Made by a program: the position numbers and the translations under genes. Below the pieces are notes generated by a model. It was given only the letters and a program-made list of their open reading frames with translations, was not told the origin of the DNA and made no database searches. From an uncultured Thermofilaceae archaeon (GTDB lineage: Archaea > Thermoproteota > Thermoprotei > Thermofilales > B69-G16), in assembly GCA_964501905.1 (NCBI GenBank), contig CAZCTW010000009.1:11342-75341 (forward strand): DNA of 64,000 nt. The letters run 5' to 3'. Below, one piece after another: positions 56,100 through 64,000 of this stretch; position 1 is the stretch's first letter, and the number at the start of each line of letters is the position of its first letter.

Positions 56100-57713
56100 G
56101 TGTTACTTGCTGTCGAGATTAGGTTTAAAAAGGTTATGGACATGCTGGAAGAGATATACATACCGGACACAGATGCAATATTGAGAGGGGTAGTTAGGAG
56201 ATTAATCGAAAGAAACGAGATAAGGGGAAAGATACTGGTCCACATGCTAGCAGTCGATTTCTTCGAGAAAATGGCTAGGGAGGGCGGTAGCCAGGGGTTA
56301 GTGGGTCTGCAGGAGCTAACGATGTTGAGGGAAGCCGTTAATGCAAACCCTAAAGTTGACATAGAATATACCCGGGAACTGCCTGAAGGTCATAAATTCA
56401 GAGGGGATCTGGACATTAATGATATAATAAGAGACTTAGCTCTGGAGTTAAACGCGGTTTTAATAACTTCAAGTCCGTTAAGAGCTCAGAGCGCTAAGGC
56501 CCTAGGTATTCAAGTTATATTTGTTGGTGGAAAAGATTCGAAGCGGTTAATTTTAGATGAATTCTTCGATAATAACACTATGTCTGTTCACCTCAAGGAA
56601 AACGTCTGCCCATACGCTAAAAAAGGCACGCCTGGTAAGTGGCGTTTCGTACCGCTTCGCGATACTCCAATGACTCGAGTTGAAATAGAGGAGATAGTTA
56701 GAGAGATAATAGAGGCTGCCAAAACATCACAAAGAGCTTTTATAGAAGTTGAGAGATCAGGATCGACGATTATTCAGTTAGAGAACTATAGGATAGTCAT
56801 TACTAGGCCACCGTTTTCCGACGGCATCGAGGTCACGGCTGTGAGACCTATTGCTAAGTTATCTCTGGAAGATTACAACCTACCGGCTAAGCTTATTCGT
56901 AGACTTGAGAAGCAGGCCGAGGGGATATTGATAGCAGGTGCTCCCGGAATGGGTAAGACCACGTTTGCCCAAGCCTTAGCCGAATATTACCACAGGAAGG
57001 GGAGAATAATAAAAACAATAGAGTCCCCCAGAGATATGCAGTTGCCGGACGAGATTACTCAGTACTCCAAGAGTCACGGTACGTCAGAAGAAGTTCATGA
57101 TGTGCTCTTACTGTCTAGGCCTGATTACACATTCTTTGATGAAATGAGGGATACTAAAGACTTTGAGCTCTACGCCGACCTCAGATTAGCTGGCGTGGGT
57201 ATGGTGGGAGTGGTGCATGCTACGAGCCCGATAGATGCTATTCAACGGTTTGTAGGCAGGGTAGAGTTAGGTATGATACCTTCCATAATAGATACTGTCA
57301 TCTTCATAGAGAACGGAGAGGTAAGGAAGGTATACGAGCTAGAGACTGTAGTGAAAATACCGCATGGTTTAAGGGAGGCTGACTTAGCTAGACCCGTAGT
57401 GGTTGTCAAAAACTTCCTCACAGGCGAGCCTGAGTATGAACTTTACGTCTTCGGAGAAAGGACTTTCGTCGTCCCCGTGAAGCGGACTAAAACGGCTAGG
57501 GAGAGGAGAGTAGAGACAGCGATATACGCTGCACTCAGGAAATACATACCTGATGAAGACATCGAGATAGAAATTTCCCAAAATGGTAACGTGACGATAC
57601 ACGTAGATCCCGAGTACTACAACGTGTTGTTAACTAGTAAAGTACGCAGAAAAATAGAAAGAATCGGTAAAAAACTTGGAGTGAGCATAACGTTTAAACC
57701 TAAGTTCAGATAA
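56100..57713 (+). CDS. PIN-domain + PilT/PhoH-like P-loop ATPase + KH-like tail (COG1855-type)
   Basis: 537-aa ORF; probable start is MDMLEEIYIPDTDAIL. Walker A GAPGMGKTTFAQAL, FFDEMRD. Confidence 0.8.
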   Translation: MLLAVEIRFKKVMDMLEEIYIPDTDAILRGVVRRLIERNEIRGKILVHMLAVDFFEKMAREGGSQGLVGLQELTMLREAVNANPKVDIEYTRELPEGHKFRGDLDINDIIRDLALELNAVLITSSPLRAQSAKALGIQVIFVGGKDSKRLILDEFFDNNTMSVHLKENVCPYAKKGTPGKWRFVPLRDTPMTRVEIEEIVREIIEAAKTSQRAFIEVERSGSTIIQLENYRIVITRPPFSDGIEVTAVRPIAKLSLEDYNLPAKLIRRLEKQAEGILIAGAPGMGKTTFAQALAEYYHRKGRIIKTIESPRDMQLPDEITQYSKSHGTSEEVHDVLLLSRPDYTFFDEMRDTKDFELYADLRLAGVGMVGVVHATSPIDAIQRFVGRVELGMIPSIIDTVIFIENGEVRKVYELETVVKIPHGLREADLARPVVVVKNFLTGEPEYELYVFGERTFVVPVKRTKTARERRVETAIYAALRKYIPDEDIEIEISQNGNVTIHVDPEYYNVLLTSKVRRKIERIGKKLGVSITFKPKFR

Positions 57714-57805
57714 GTAGTTAGCATAACAATAGAGCAAAGAGATAATCTAAAGATGAGTTTAATTATGAGAACTCCACTTCTAATAAATAGAATCGAGGTC
57801 TAAAC

Positions 57806-58930
57806 ATGGCGATCAGATCCTGTAGAAGATGCATCTACTATACACCGAGCAGGAGTTACTGTCTAAAGCTGATGAAAAAAATCGAAAATCCCGACGAGCC
57901 TCCATGCATGCAGATAAGTTCACCCCAGAATCAGAGCCGTAAGGGATCTATAGTAGCAAAGCCGGTTTTACCAAAGAGCGAGAAGATTCAAATTGAAGAA
58001 GAGAAAAGGTTGAACAATAATAGTTTCAGAGATGAAGATACTCAAATGGAAGCACTAGCATATAATCCGACTCTTGAGGAAACAGCTAGATCTCAGACAG
58101 TGATCTCATATCCGCCTCAACAATATCAATTAAATGAGAAAGTTCTAAGCTCTTTCTCTACACTTGTGTCTTATAAGTTGCCGTCTGAGTTTAGAGATTA
58201 CTATACCTCTACCGGGATACCATACCTAGATGAAATCCTGGGTGGGGGTTTTCTAAGAGGGAAAACATATCTAGTAGCTGGCGAAACTGGTTGCGGAAAG
58301 ACAATTTTTTCATTGCAATTTCTAATTTATGGAGCATTACATGGAGAACCTGGAGTTTACATAGCTATAGACGAGCCTACTGATCAACTTATAAAGGGTA
58401 TTAAGCAGTTTGGTTGGGATGTAACACCGCTTATAAAAGCGAGAAAGCTCCTCTTCCTTGACATGAGGACTCACTTCAGCAAGATATACTTGAGAGATGA
58501 AAGGAAGAAAATAGAGCCCAAATACATCATTGAATCTATAATAAAAAACGCTAAAGAAGTGAGAGCTAGAAGGCTAGTCATAGACCCTATAGCGCCGCTA
58601 ATATATGGCGGAACTAAGGATGACGTGTTGTATGCGAGGGAGTTTCTAAGAGAGATGGTTTTTGCTATCGAAAAAACGGGGAAACTGACTACAGTGATGA
58701 CGAGTGAGATCCCCACAGGGAGTAAACAGCTAAGTCGCTTTGGTGTGGAGGAGTTTCTAGCTTCGGGAATAATTGTTCTAGGCTTAGAAGAAATAGGGGG
58801 GAGAATTGAACGAGTTATGTACATTAGGAAAGCTAGGTGGTCCCCCGTAAGACCTGGTAAGTTTATTTTTGATATAATCCCCGGCACGGGTATTGTTATT
58901 AAGGGTCCATTGGAGAAGTTTAAAAGCTAG
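57806..58930 (+). CDS. KaiC/RadB-like RecA-superfamily ATPase with Cys-rich N-terminus
   Basis: 374 aa. CRRCIYY...YC...PPC, then GIPYLDEILGGGFLRGKTYLVAGETGCGKT and RLVIDPI. Confidence 0.8.
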   Translation: MAIRSCRRCIYYTPSRSYCLKLMKKIENPDEPPCMQISSPQNQSRKGSIVAKPVLPKSEKIQIEEEKRLNNNSFRDEDTQMEALAYNPTLEETARSQTVISYPPQQYQLNEKVLSSFSTLVSYKLPSEFRDYYTSTGIPYLDEILGGGFLRGKTYLVAGETGCGKTIFSLQFLIYGALHGEPGVYIAIDEPTDQLIKGIKQFGWDVTPLIKARKLLFLDMRTHFSKIYLRDERKKIEPKYIIESIIKNAKEVRARRLVIDPIAPLIYGGTKDDVLYAREFLREMVFAIEKTGKLTTVMTSEIPTGSKQLSRFGVEEFLASGIIVLGLEEIGGRIERVMYIRKARWSPVRPGKFIFDIIPGTGIVIKGPLEKFKS

Positions 58931-58948
58931 ATAATTATTAAGTGAATT

Positions 58949-60262
58949 ATGGAAAGCCTTAAGGAAAGACTACGACTAGTAGTTAGCAAGATAAGGCGCG
59001 CGCCGCTGATAGACGAGAAAACTCTCAACGAAATTCTCAGAGATATTCAGAGAGCGTTACTATATGCTGACGTCAGCGTCGACATCGTTCTCCAAATCAC
59101 TGAAAATATAAAAGAAAGAATTAAGAAAGAGAAGCTGCCTCCAGGTTTCTCTAAAAGGGAATTATTATTAAAAATAGTTTACGAAGAATTAATCAAAATG
59201 CTAGGCGGAGAAACGAAGTATAAGCCCTTAACTAAGAGAGGGCGACCATATACGATTTTGCTTGTGGGGATAGAAGGCTCAGGGAAAACCACGACTGCTG
59301 CAAAGCTTGCATACTTCTACAAAAAACGGGGGTTTAAGGTGGGTCTAGTATGCGCAGACAACTATAGACCGGGGGCTCTACATCAGTTAAAGCAGTTAGG
59401 CGCGCAAGCGGGCGTTGAGGTCTATGGCGAGGAAGACGGTAATAGCTTAGACATAGCTCTTCATGGAGTTAACTTCTTCAAGAAACAAAATTATGACTTA
59501 ATAATTGTAGATACAGCGGGCAGACACAAAGACGAAAAGAACCTAATGAATGAAATGACCGAATTGGCCTCAGCTATTCAACCGGACGAAATCATCCTAG
59601 TGCTCGATGCTACAATAGGACGGCAAGCGGAGAAACAAGCTGAGGCTTTTAACAAAGCCGCGAAAGTAGGGTCTATAATAGTCACTAAACTCGATGGCGC
59701 TGCCAGAGGAGGAGGCGCCCTAGCAGCCGTCGTGAAGACTGGTGCTAGGATATCTTTTATAGGCGTTGGAGAAAAGATTGACGAGCTAGAAGTTTTCGAT
59801 CCTCCAAGTTTCGTTAATAGATTGCTAGGTTTTGGAGATATAAAGGCTATCGTAGAGAGGTTTAAAGCATATGAAGAGTTAGATAAGAAGAGGCTACGTG
59901 CTGTAGCGAAAGGAGACTTCACGCTCTTAGATCTTTTGGATCAATTAATGACATTGAGGAGAATGGGTCCTTTGAGAAAGATAGTAGAATTGTTGCCGGG
60001 AGGTTATTCTTTACCGGCGAATTTTGAGGAAATGGGTGAAGAAAATATTAGAAAGTGGATAGCTATAATGCAATCCATGACTAGAAGGGAACTTCTCCAC
60101 CCCGAGATTATTGATAGGGAGAGAATGTTAAGAATAGCTAAGGGCTCGGGGACGAGTATTCGAGATGTTAAAGCACTACTTAAATCCTATAGGATGGCGA
60201 AGAGCTATATTAAGAAGCTTTCTAAGCAACGCTTTAAAAAAATACCGTACTACGGCATGTAA
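58949..60262 (+). CDS. srp54: Signal recognition particle protein SRP54
   Basis: 437 aa. GIEGSGKTTT, DTAGR, TKLDG, Met-rich M domain. Confidence 0.95.
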   Translation: MESLKERLRLVVSKIRRAPLIDEKTLNEILRDIQRALLYADVSVDIVLQITENIKERIKKEKLPPGFSKRELLLKIVYEELIKMLGGETKYKPLTKRGRPYTILLVGIEGSGKTTTAAKLAYFYKKRGFKVGLVCADNYRPGALHQLKQLGAQAGVEVYGEEDGNSLDIALHGVNFFKKQNYDLIIVDTAGRHKDEKNLMNEMTELASAIQPDEIILVLDATIGRQAEKQAEAFNKAAKVGSIIVTKLDGAARGGGALAAVVKTGARISFIGVGEKIDELEVFDPPSFVNRLLGFGDIKAIVERFKAYEELDKKRLRAVAKGDFTLLDLLDQLMTLRRMGPLRKIVELLPGGYSLPANFEEMGEENIRKWIAIMQSMTRRELLHPEIIDRERMLRIAKGSGTSIRDVKALLKSYRMAKSYIKKLSKQRFKKIPYYGM

Positions 60263-60273
60263 CGCGATAAGAT

Positions 60274-60828
60274 ATGAGATATATAACGTTAATACTTGAC
60301 GACGCGGAAACGCTTGTGCAGAGAAAGGGTTTTGTTGCTCGATGTATAGCGGCCGCTATTCTTCTATCTCATGATATTAGGAAAGATGTCGTGTTTAGGA
60401 TTTACATAAGGAAAGGAAGTTTTCTTGTATCTTTTAAAACTGCGAGACTCCGGAATATAAGGTCGGACGAGCAGTCAGTGGGAGGCATACTAGAGAAAGT
60501 TTATAAAAAGCTTTCATGGGGTAAGAGCCTAAAGCGAGTTCATTCCGGGGTAGTTTTGTCGAAGAAGACTCTATCTGAGGTGTTTAAAAGGATGCCTGGT
60601 ACCTTAGCGTTATATGAAAGTATAGGCGGGAAGGATTTAAGACGAATGGATTTTTTAAAAGTTCAACATGTAATGTACGTAATTAGTGAAAAAATAGTTT
60701 ACACGGAAAATGAAATAGAATACTTTAAATCACACGACTTTATACCCATTACCGTCTCGCGTTCACAGATATGTGTTGACGCTAGGATAGTGCTCTTTAA
60801 CAACGAAATGGACAGGAGGGGGCTATAA
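60274..60828 (+). CDS. Divergent TrmY-like (SPOUT) paralog
   Basis: 184 aa. ARCIAAAILLSHDIRKDVVFRIY closely recalls the TrmY block FLSHDIRRDVVF, but the GRLD and PNPP motifs are missing. Ends 4 nt before the pus10 start at 60833. Confidence 0.5.
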   Translation: MRYITLILDDAETLVQRKGFVARCIAAAILLSHDIRKDVVFRIYIRKGSFLVSFKTARLRNIRSDEQSVGGILEKVYKKLSWGKSLKRVHSGVVLSKKTLSEVFKRMPGTLALYESIGGKDLRRMDFLKVQHVMYVISEKIVYTENEIEYFKSHDFIPITVSRSQICVDARIVLFNNEMDRRGL

Positions 60829-60832
60829 GGCT

Positions 60833-62191
60833 ATGCTCGAGGAAGATATAATAAACAAGGCCATAGATATCTTAAAGAAATACAGTCTTTGTGACTCATG
60901 TCTGGGAAGACAATTTGCTCTCTTAGGAAGTGGTTTAACTAATCGAGAGCGGGGCAGAGCGATAAAAACGATAATACTAATGAAGGCTTTTTCTCCAAGT
61001 GGTCCAAGGGATGAGGAGTTATTGAGGATTTTGTGTGAGAGTAATTTTAAGCCGGCCTTAAAACTCCTTTCTTCATATAAAATCCTAACAGATTGCAAAA
61101 TTAAACCGTGTTTCTTATGTGAAGGATTTTTAGAAAATGAGATTTTAGAAAAATGGATTAGAAAAATTCTAGAAAAAGTAGAAAATATAGAGTTTGAAAC
61201 TTTTCAAATAGGATGTCGTTTAGATCCGGCTTTACTTGTGCGTGAAGAAGATCTACGCACGCGTTTTAAGTTGAGGTACGGAGAATCTTTGAAAACGGAA
61301 ATAAACAGAGAATTAGGTAAAAAAATCCAAGGGAGAACTGGTAAGCAGTATAGCGCTAAATCTCCAGACCTTCTAATAATAGTAGATTTAATAGCGAATG
61401 ATGTAACTCTCGAAGTAAAGCCTCTCTATGTATACGGCAGGTATAGAAAGCTTGTAAGAGGGATTCCTCAAAACATCTGGCTATGTCCTCGTTGCCGCGG
61501 AAGAGGTTGCGAAGAGTGCAAGGGGACGGGCAGGCTATATCCGGAATCTATAGAGGAGTACATATCTATACCTATAGTGAAGGCTGCCGAAGGAGATGGA
61601 TATAAATTTCATGGAGCTGGAAGAGAAGATGTCGATGTACGGACTTTGGGCAGCGGAAGACCTTTTGTTGTAGAAGTAAAAAATCCGCGTAAGAGAAAAA
61701 TAGACTTAGACGAAGTTTTAAAACAGATAAATAAAGAGGCCCAGGGAAAAGTTGAGGTCTTGTTTCTAAAATTTTCTGATAAGAGAACTGTTAGACGTAT
61801 CAAGAGACTTGCTGAAATTTCGGCAAAAACATATAGGGCTGTAGTCACGTTTAACGAGGAGGTAAATTCGGAAAAGCTGAAAGAGCTGGAGATTTTCTTT
61901 AGAAATAGAGTAATTAGCCAACGCACGCCGAGGAGAGTTCTTCATAGACGTCCTGATAAAATCAGAAGGAAGACGGTTTTTGATGTAAAGGCTAAAAAGT
62001 TAAGTGATAGAACAGTGGAGTTTCTAGTAAAGTGCCAGGGAGGGCTCTATGTAAAAGAGTTGATAACAGGCGATGATGGAAGAACTGAGCCTAACTTTTC
62101 TGAATTTCTCGGTCTAAAGGCAAAATCCATTATCTTAGACGTAGTTGGAGTGGAGGACTCGGGGGACTTTAAGAGCTTATCTGAGGTTTAA
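60833..62191 (+). CDS. pus10: tRNA pseudouridine(54/55) synthase Pus10
   Basis: 452 aa. N-terminal CDSCLGRQFA, Zn cluster CPRCRGRGCEECKGTG, catalytic-region GREDVDVRTLGSGRPFV, YVKELITGD. Confidence 0.88.
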   Translation: MLEEDIINKAIDILKKYSLCDSCLGRQFALLGSGLTNRERGRAIKTIILMKAFSPSGPRDEELLRILCESNFKPALKLLSSYKILTDCKIKPCFLCEGFLENEILEKWIRKILEKVENIEFETFQIGCRLDPALLVREEDLRTRFKLRYGESLKTEINRELGKKIQGRTGKQYSAKSPDLLIIVDLIANDVTLEVKPLYVYGRYRKLVRGIPQNIWLCPRCRGRGCEECKGTGRLYPESIEEYISIPIVKAAEGDGYKFHGAGREDVDVRTLGSGRPFVVEVKNPRKRKIDLDEVLKQINKEAQGKVEVLFLKFSDKRTVRRIKRLAEISAKTYRAVVTFNEEVNSEKLKELEIFFRNRVISQRTPRRVLHRRPDKIRRKTVFDVKAKKLSDRTVEFLVKCQGGLYVKELITGDDGRTEPNFSEFLGLKAKSIILDVVGVEDSGDFKSLSEV

Positions 62192-62492
62192 TGTGTTCAG
62201 GTGTCGTGATTACGATTTTTTCCTTTTTACCGATCTTCACTTTGATTAAATAAGCTCTTCCTCTCGTACCGATGATTACGCCAGTCTTCCCCTGAAACCT
62301 CCTATGGGGGGCGGTCTCTATATTACTAGGTGAAATGTCAATATTCACTTTATCGCCTATCTTGTACTTGTATAGGAGTCTGCTTAATCCTTGCTTTCCT
62401 CTTTCTCTGGGATGTTTCCTTAAGAGTTTCCGTCCTCTGCTTCTATACCCTCTTGAATGTCTCATATGACCACCAGCTACTACTTTAAACAA
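62169..62492 (-). CDS. rpl21e: 50S ribosomal protein eL21
   Basis: MRHSRGYRSRGRKLL...FQGKTGVIIG. The likely true start is the internal Met at 62465. Confidence 0.9.
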   Translation of the reverse strand: MFKVVAGGHMRHSRGYRSRGRKLLRKHPRERGKQGLSRLLYKYKIGDKVNIDISPSNIETAPHRRFQGKTGVIIGTRGRAYLIKVKIGKKEKIVITTPEHIKPQISS

Positions 62493-62573
62493 TAGAGGCT
62501 ATTTAAACTTAGCTTTACTTTCTTTAGCAAAAGCTTTATTGGGCATATCGCCGTTTCCTTCGTAGGGGTATGT

Positions 62574-62792
62574 ATGGGCAGAATTAAAAAAGGAGTATTG
62601 TGTAGTGTCAAGGGTTGTGATAAAAAAGCTGTAAAAGCAGTTTCATATGATGCGTTCTCTTCAGCTAATACTTCTCTTCCTTTAAAAGAGAAAAGTAGGA
62701 GAATTTATTTATGTAAAAAACATTATAAAATTTTCAAAAAGAATTCTAAAAAACAACGAATATATGAGAAGTGGAGGATATGGCAGAGATAA
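62574..62792 (+). CDS. Small basic Cys-containing protein, unknown function
   Basis: 72 aa. CSVKGCDKK...YLCKKHY. Overlaps the polB start by 13 nt. Confidence 0.4.
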   Translation: MGRIKKGVLCSVKGCDKKAVKAVSYDAFSSANTSLPLKEKSRRIYLCKKHYKIFKKNSKKQRIYEKWRIWQR

Positions 62793-64000
62793 GCAGAGGT
62801 AATTTTTTTGATGGAAAAACTTACATTTTATTAACGGTTAGATACTGTGGAAATCGCCACAAAGCGGCATTAATATTCTACAATCCAGCTACGGGTGAAA
62901 TAAAGAAGATCTATGATCCATACAACCATAAACCCTATTTTCTGACGGATTTATCTCCTGAAGAAATCGTGGAGAAGTACCCAGACATTATAACGCATAA
63001 AGGTTTTGATCATCTAGAAGTCGTTGAAAAATATCATGCTTTACTAGATAAAAAAATCTCCATGACTAAGATTGTAGCACGTGACCCTCTCTCTGTGGGA
63101 GGATCTAGAAAATCCATGCGCGATATACTACGCGAACACGCATGGGAAGCACGTATCAAATATCACAATTGCTACATATACGATATAGGTTTAATACCGG
63201 GCATGCCATACACAGTGGAGAATGGGCAGATATGCTTAAAAGAAGTAGAAGTTCCCGAAGAACTCGTTAATAAGATTGTGCTTGCAGGACCGCGGCGTGA
63301 AGCATTTACTGACGAAATAAGAAAATGGCTGCAACTCCTACAAGCACCTATACCGAGCTTCAAACGTCTCGCATTGGATATAGAGGTTTTTTCTCCAATG
63401 CCCGATAGGATACCGAGTCCCTCCGAGGCCAAATATGAGGTGATAGCTGTCTCACTTGCTTCTAGTGATGGATTAAAGAAAGTTCTTCTACTTGAGCGAG
63501 AGAGCATAAAGGACGAGAAAATACATAAGCTAAATGGAGGCATAGAGATAGAATACTTTAAAAATGAGCGTGAACTCATAAAGAGAACTTTCTACTACCT
63601 GAAGAAATACCCGATTATACTGACTTTTAATGGAGATAACTTCGATCTCCCCTATTTAAAACATCGCGCACTAAAGCTTGGTATTAAAGAAGATGAAGTA
63701 CCCATAGTTCTAGGTAGAGATGAAGCCTATGTGATAGATAGAGTACACTTAGACTTATATAGGTTCTTTAACAATAAGGCGATGCAAGTATACGCATTCG
63801 ATAATAGGTATAGGGAAGCGCGGACACTAGATACCATATCTAAAGCTCTATTGGGCGAGGGAAAGGTAGAACACATTAAATCCATATCCGAGATGTCATA
63901 TAAAGAGCTAGCAGAATACTCATTTAAAGACGCTGAGCTTACCTTAAAACTTACGACTTTCAATGATAGCCTTGTCATGAAGCTTATAATCCTGTTAATG
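62780..64000 (+). CDS. polB: Family B DNA polymerase, N-terminal/exonuclease part (runs off the right edge)
   Basis: Hand-translated open frame of 407 codons from ATG 62780 to the window end. ExoI LALDIEV, ExoII FNGDNFDLPYL, ExoIII YSFKDAELT. Missing from the ORF track because it is unterminated. Confidence 0.9.
   Translation, partial: MAEISRGNFFDGKTYILLTVRYCGNRHKAALIFYNPATGEIKKIYDPYNHKPYFLTDLSPEEIVEKYPDIITHKGFDHLEVVEKYHALLDKKISMTKIVARDPLSVGGSRKSMRDILREHAWEARIKYHNCYIYDIGLIPGMPYTVENGQICLKEVEVPEELVNKIVLAGPRREAFTDEIRKWLQLLQAPIPSFKRLALDIEVFSPMPDRIPSPSEAKYEVIAVSLASSDGLKKVLLLERESIKDEKIHKLNGGIEIEYFKNERELIKRTFYYLKKYPIILTFNGDNFDLPYLKHRALKLGIKEDEVPIVLGRDEAYVIDRVHLDLYRFFNNKAMQVYAFDNRYREARTLDTISKALLGEGKVEHIKSISEMSYKELAEYSFKDAELTLKLTTFNDSLVMKLIILLM

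Noticed and set aside
63172-63978. Minus-strand ORFs 63172-63579 and 63727-63978
   Set aside because: They lie antisense to the unterminated but motif-rich family-B polymerase frame.
1-64000. CRISPR arrays, rRNA genes, transposase/IS elements, integrases
   Set aside because: I saw no regularly spaced direct repeats, no rRNA signature strings and no recognisable DDE, serine or tyrosine recombinase ORFs on either strand.

Overview
Archaeal chromosomal window. Gene content looks like a thermophilic TACK/Thermoproteota-type archaeon: two thermosome subunits, eS26/eS17/eL21/L10e, Rpo6, aEF-1alpha, SRP54, family-B DNA polymerase, Pus10/TrmY/TrmI, archease. All five tRNA genes carry an intron or insertion. 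The backbone is ordinary housekeeping (ribosomal proteins, tRNA modification, MTAP/AhcY, ArgRS). Four segments stand out. (1) 10.26-16.47 kb is an AT-rich, tightly packed minus-strand operon next to tRNA-Val. It encodes a Tad/Epd-like type IV filament machine: FlaI/TadA-family ATPase, TadC/FlaJ-like platform and five pilin-like small proteins, one missed by the ORF track. The operon is led by its own TFIIB paralog. I consider this the best candidate for an undescribed system. (2) 19.95-25.4 kb is a decaying AT-rich stretch of frameshifted genes. (3) ~27.4-38.6 kb is compositionally anomalous. The + strand flips from A/C-rich to G/T-rich exactly at an intron-containing initiator tRNA-Met. The right arm is GC-richer and carries plasmid/virus-like cargo: a membrane HerA/VirB4-like ATPase with an in-frame TGA, a LAGLIDADG-HTH protein, a 350-nt GC-rich hairpin-dense non-coding block, a wHTH/RecA-like/RadA operon and a decayed VapBC. 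(4) 49.2-52.3 kb is an AT-rich type II R-M island beside tRNA-Arg, with an AbrB-like regulator and repeated operator boxes. Other observations: two C/D-box sRNA candidates, a gene-conversion tract and a shared promoter module between the divergent thermosome paralogs, a wHTH/ATP-cone/NrdD-like protein, and a second TrmY-like gene next to pus10. I saw no rRNA and no CRISPR array. All family calls rest on motif recognition by eye; no database search was possible.
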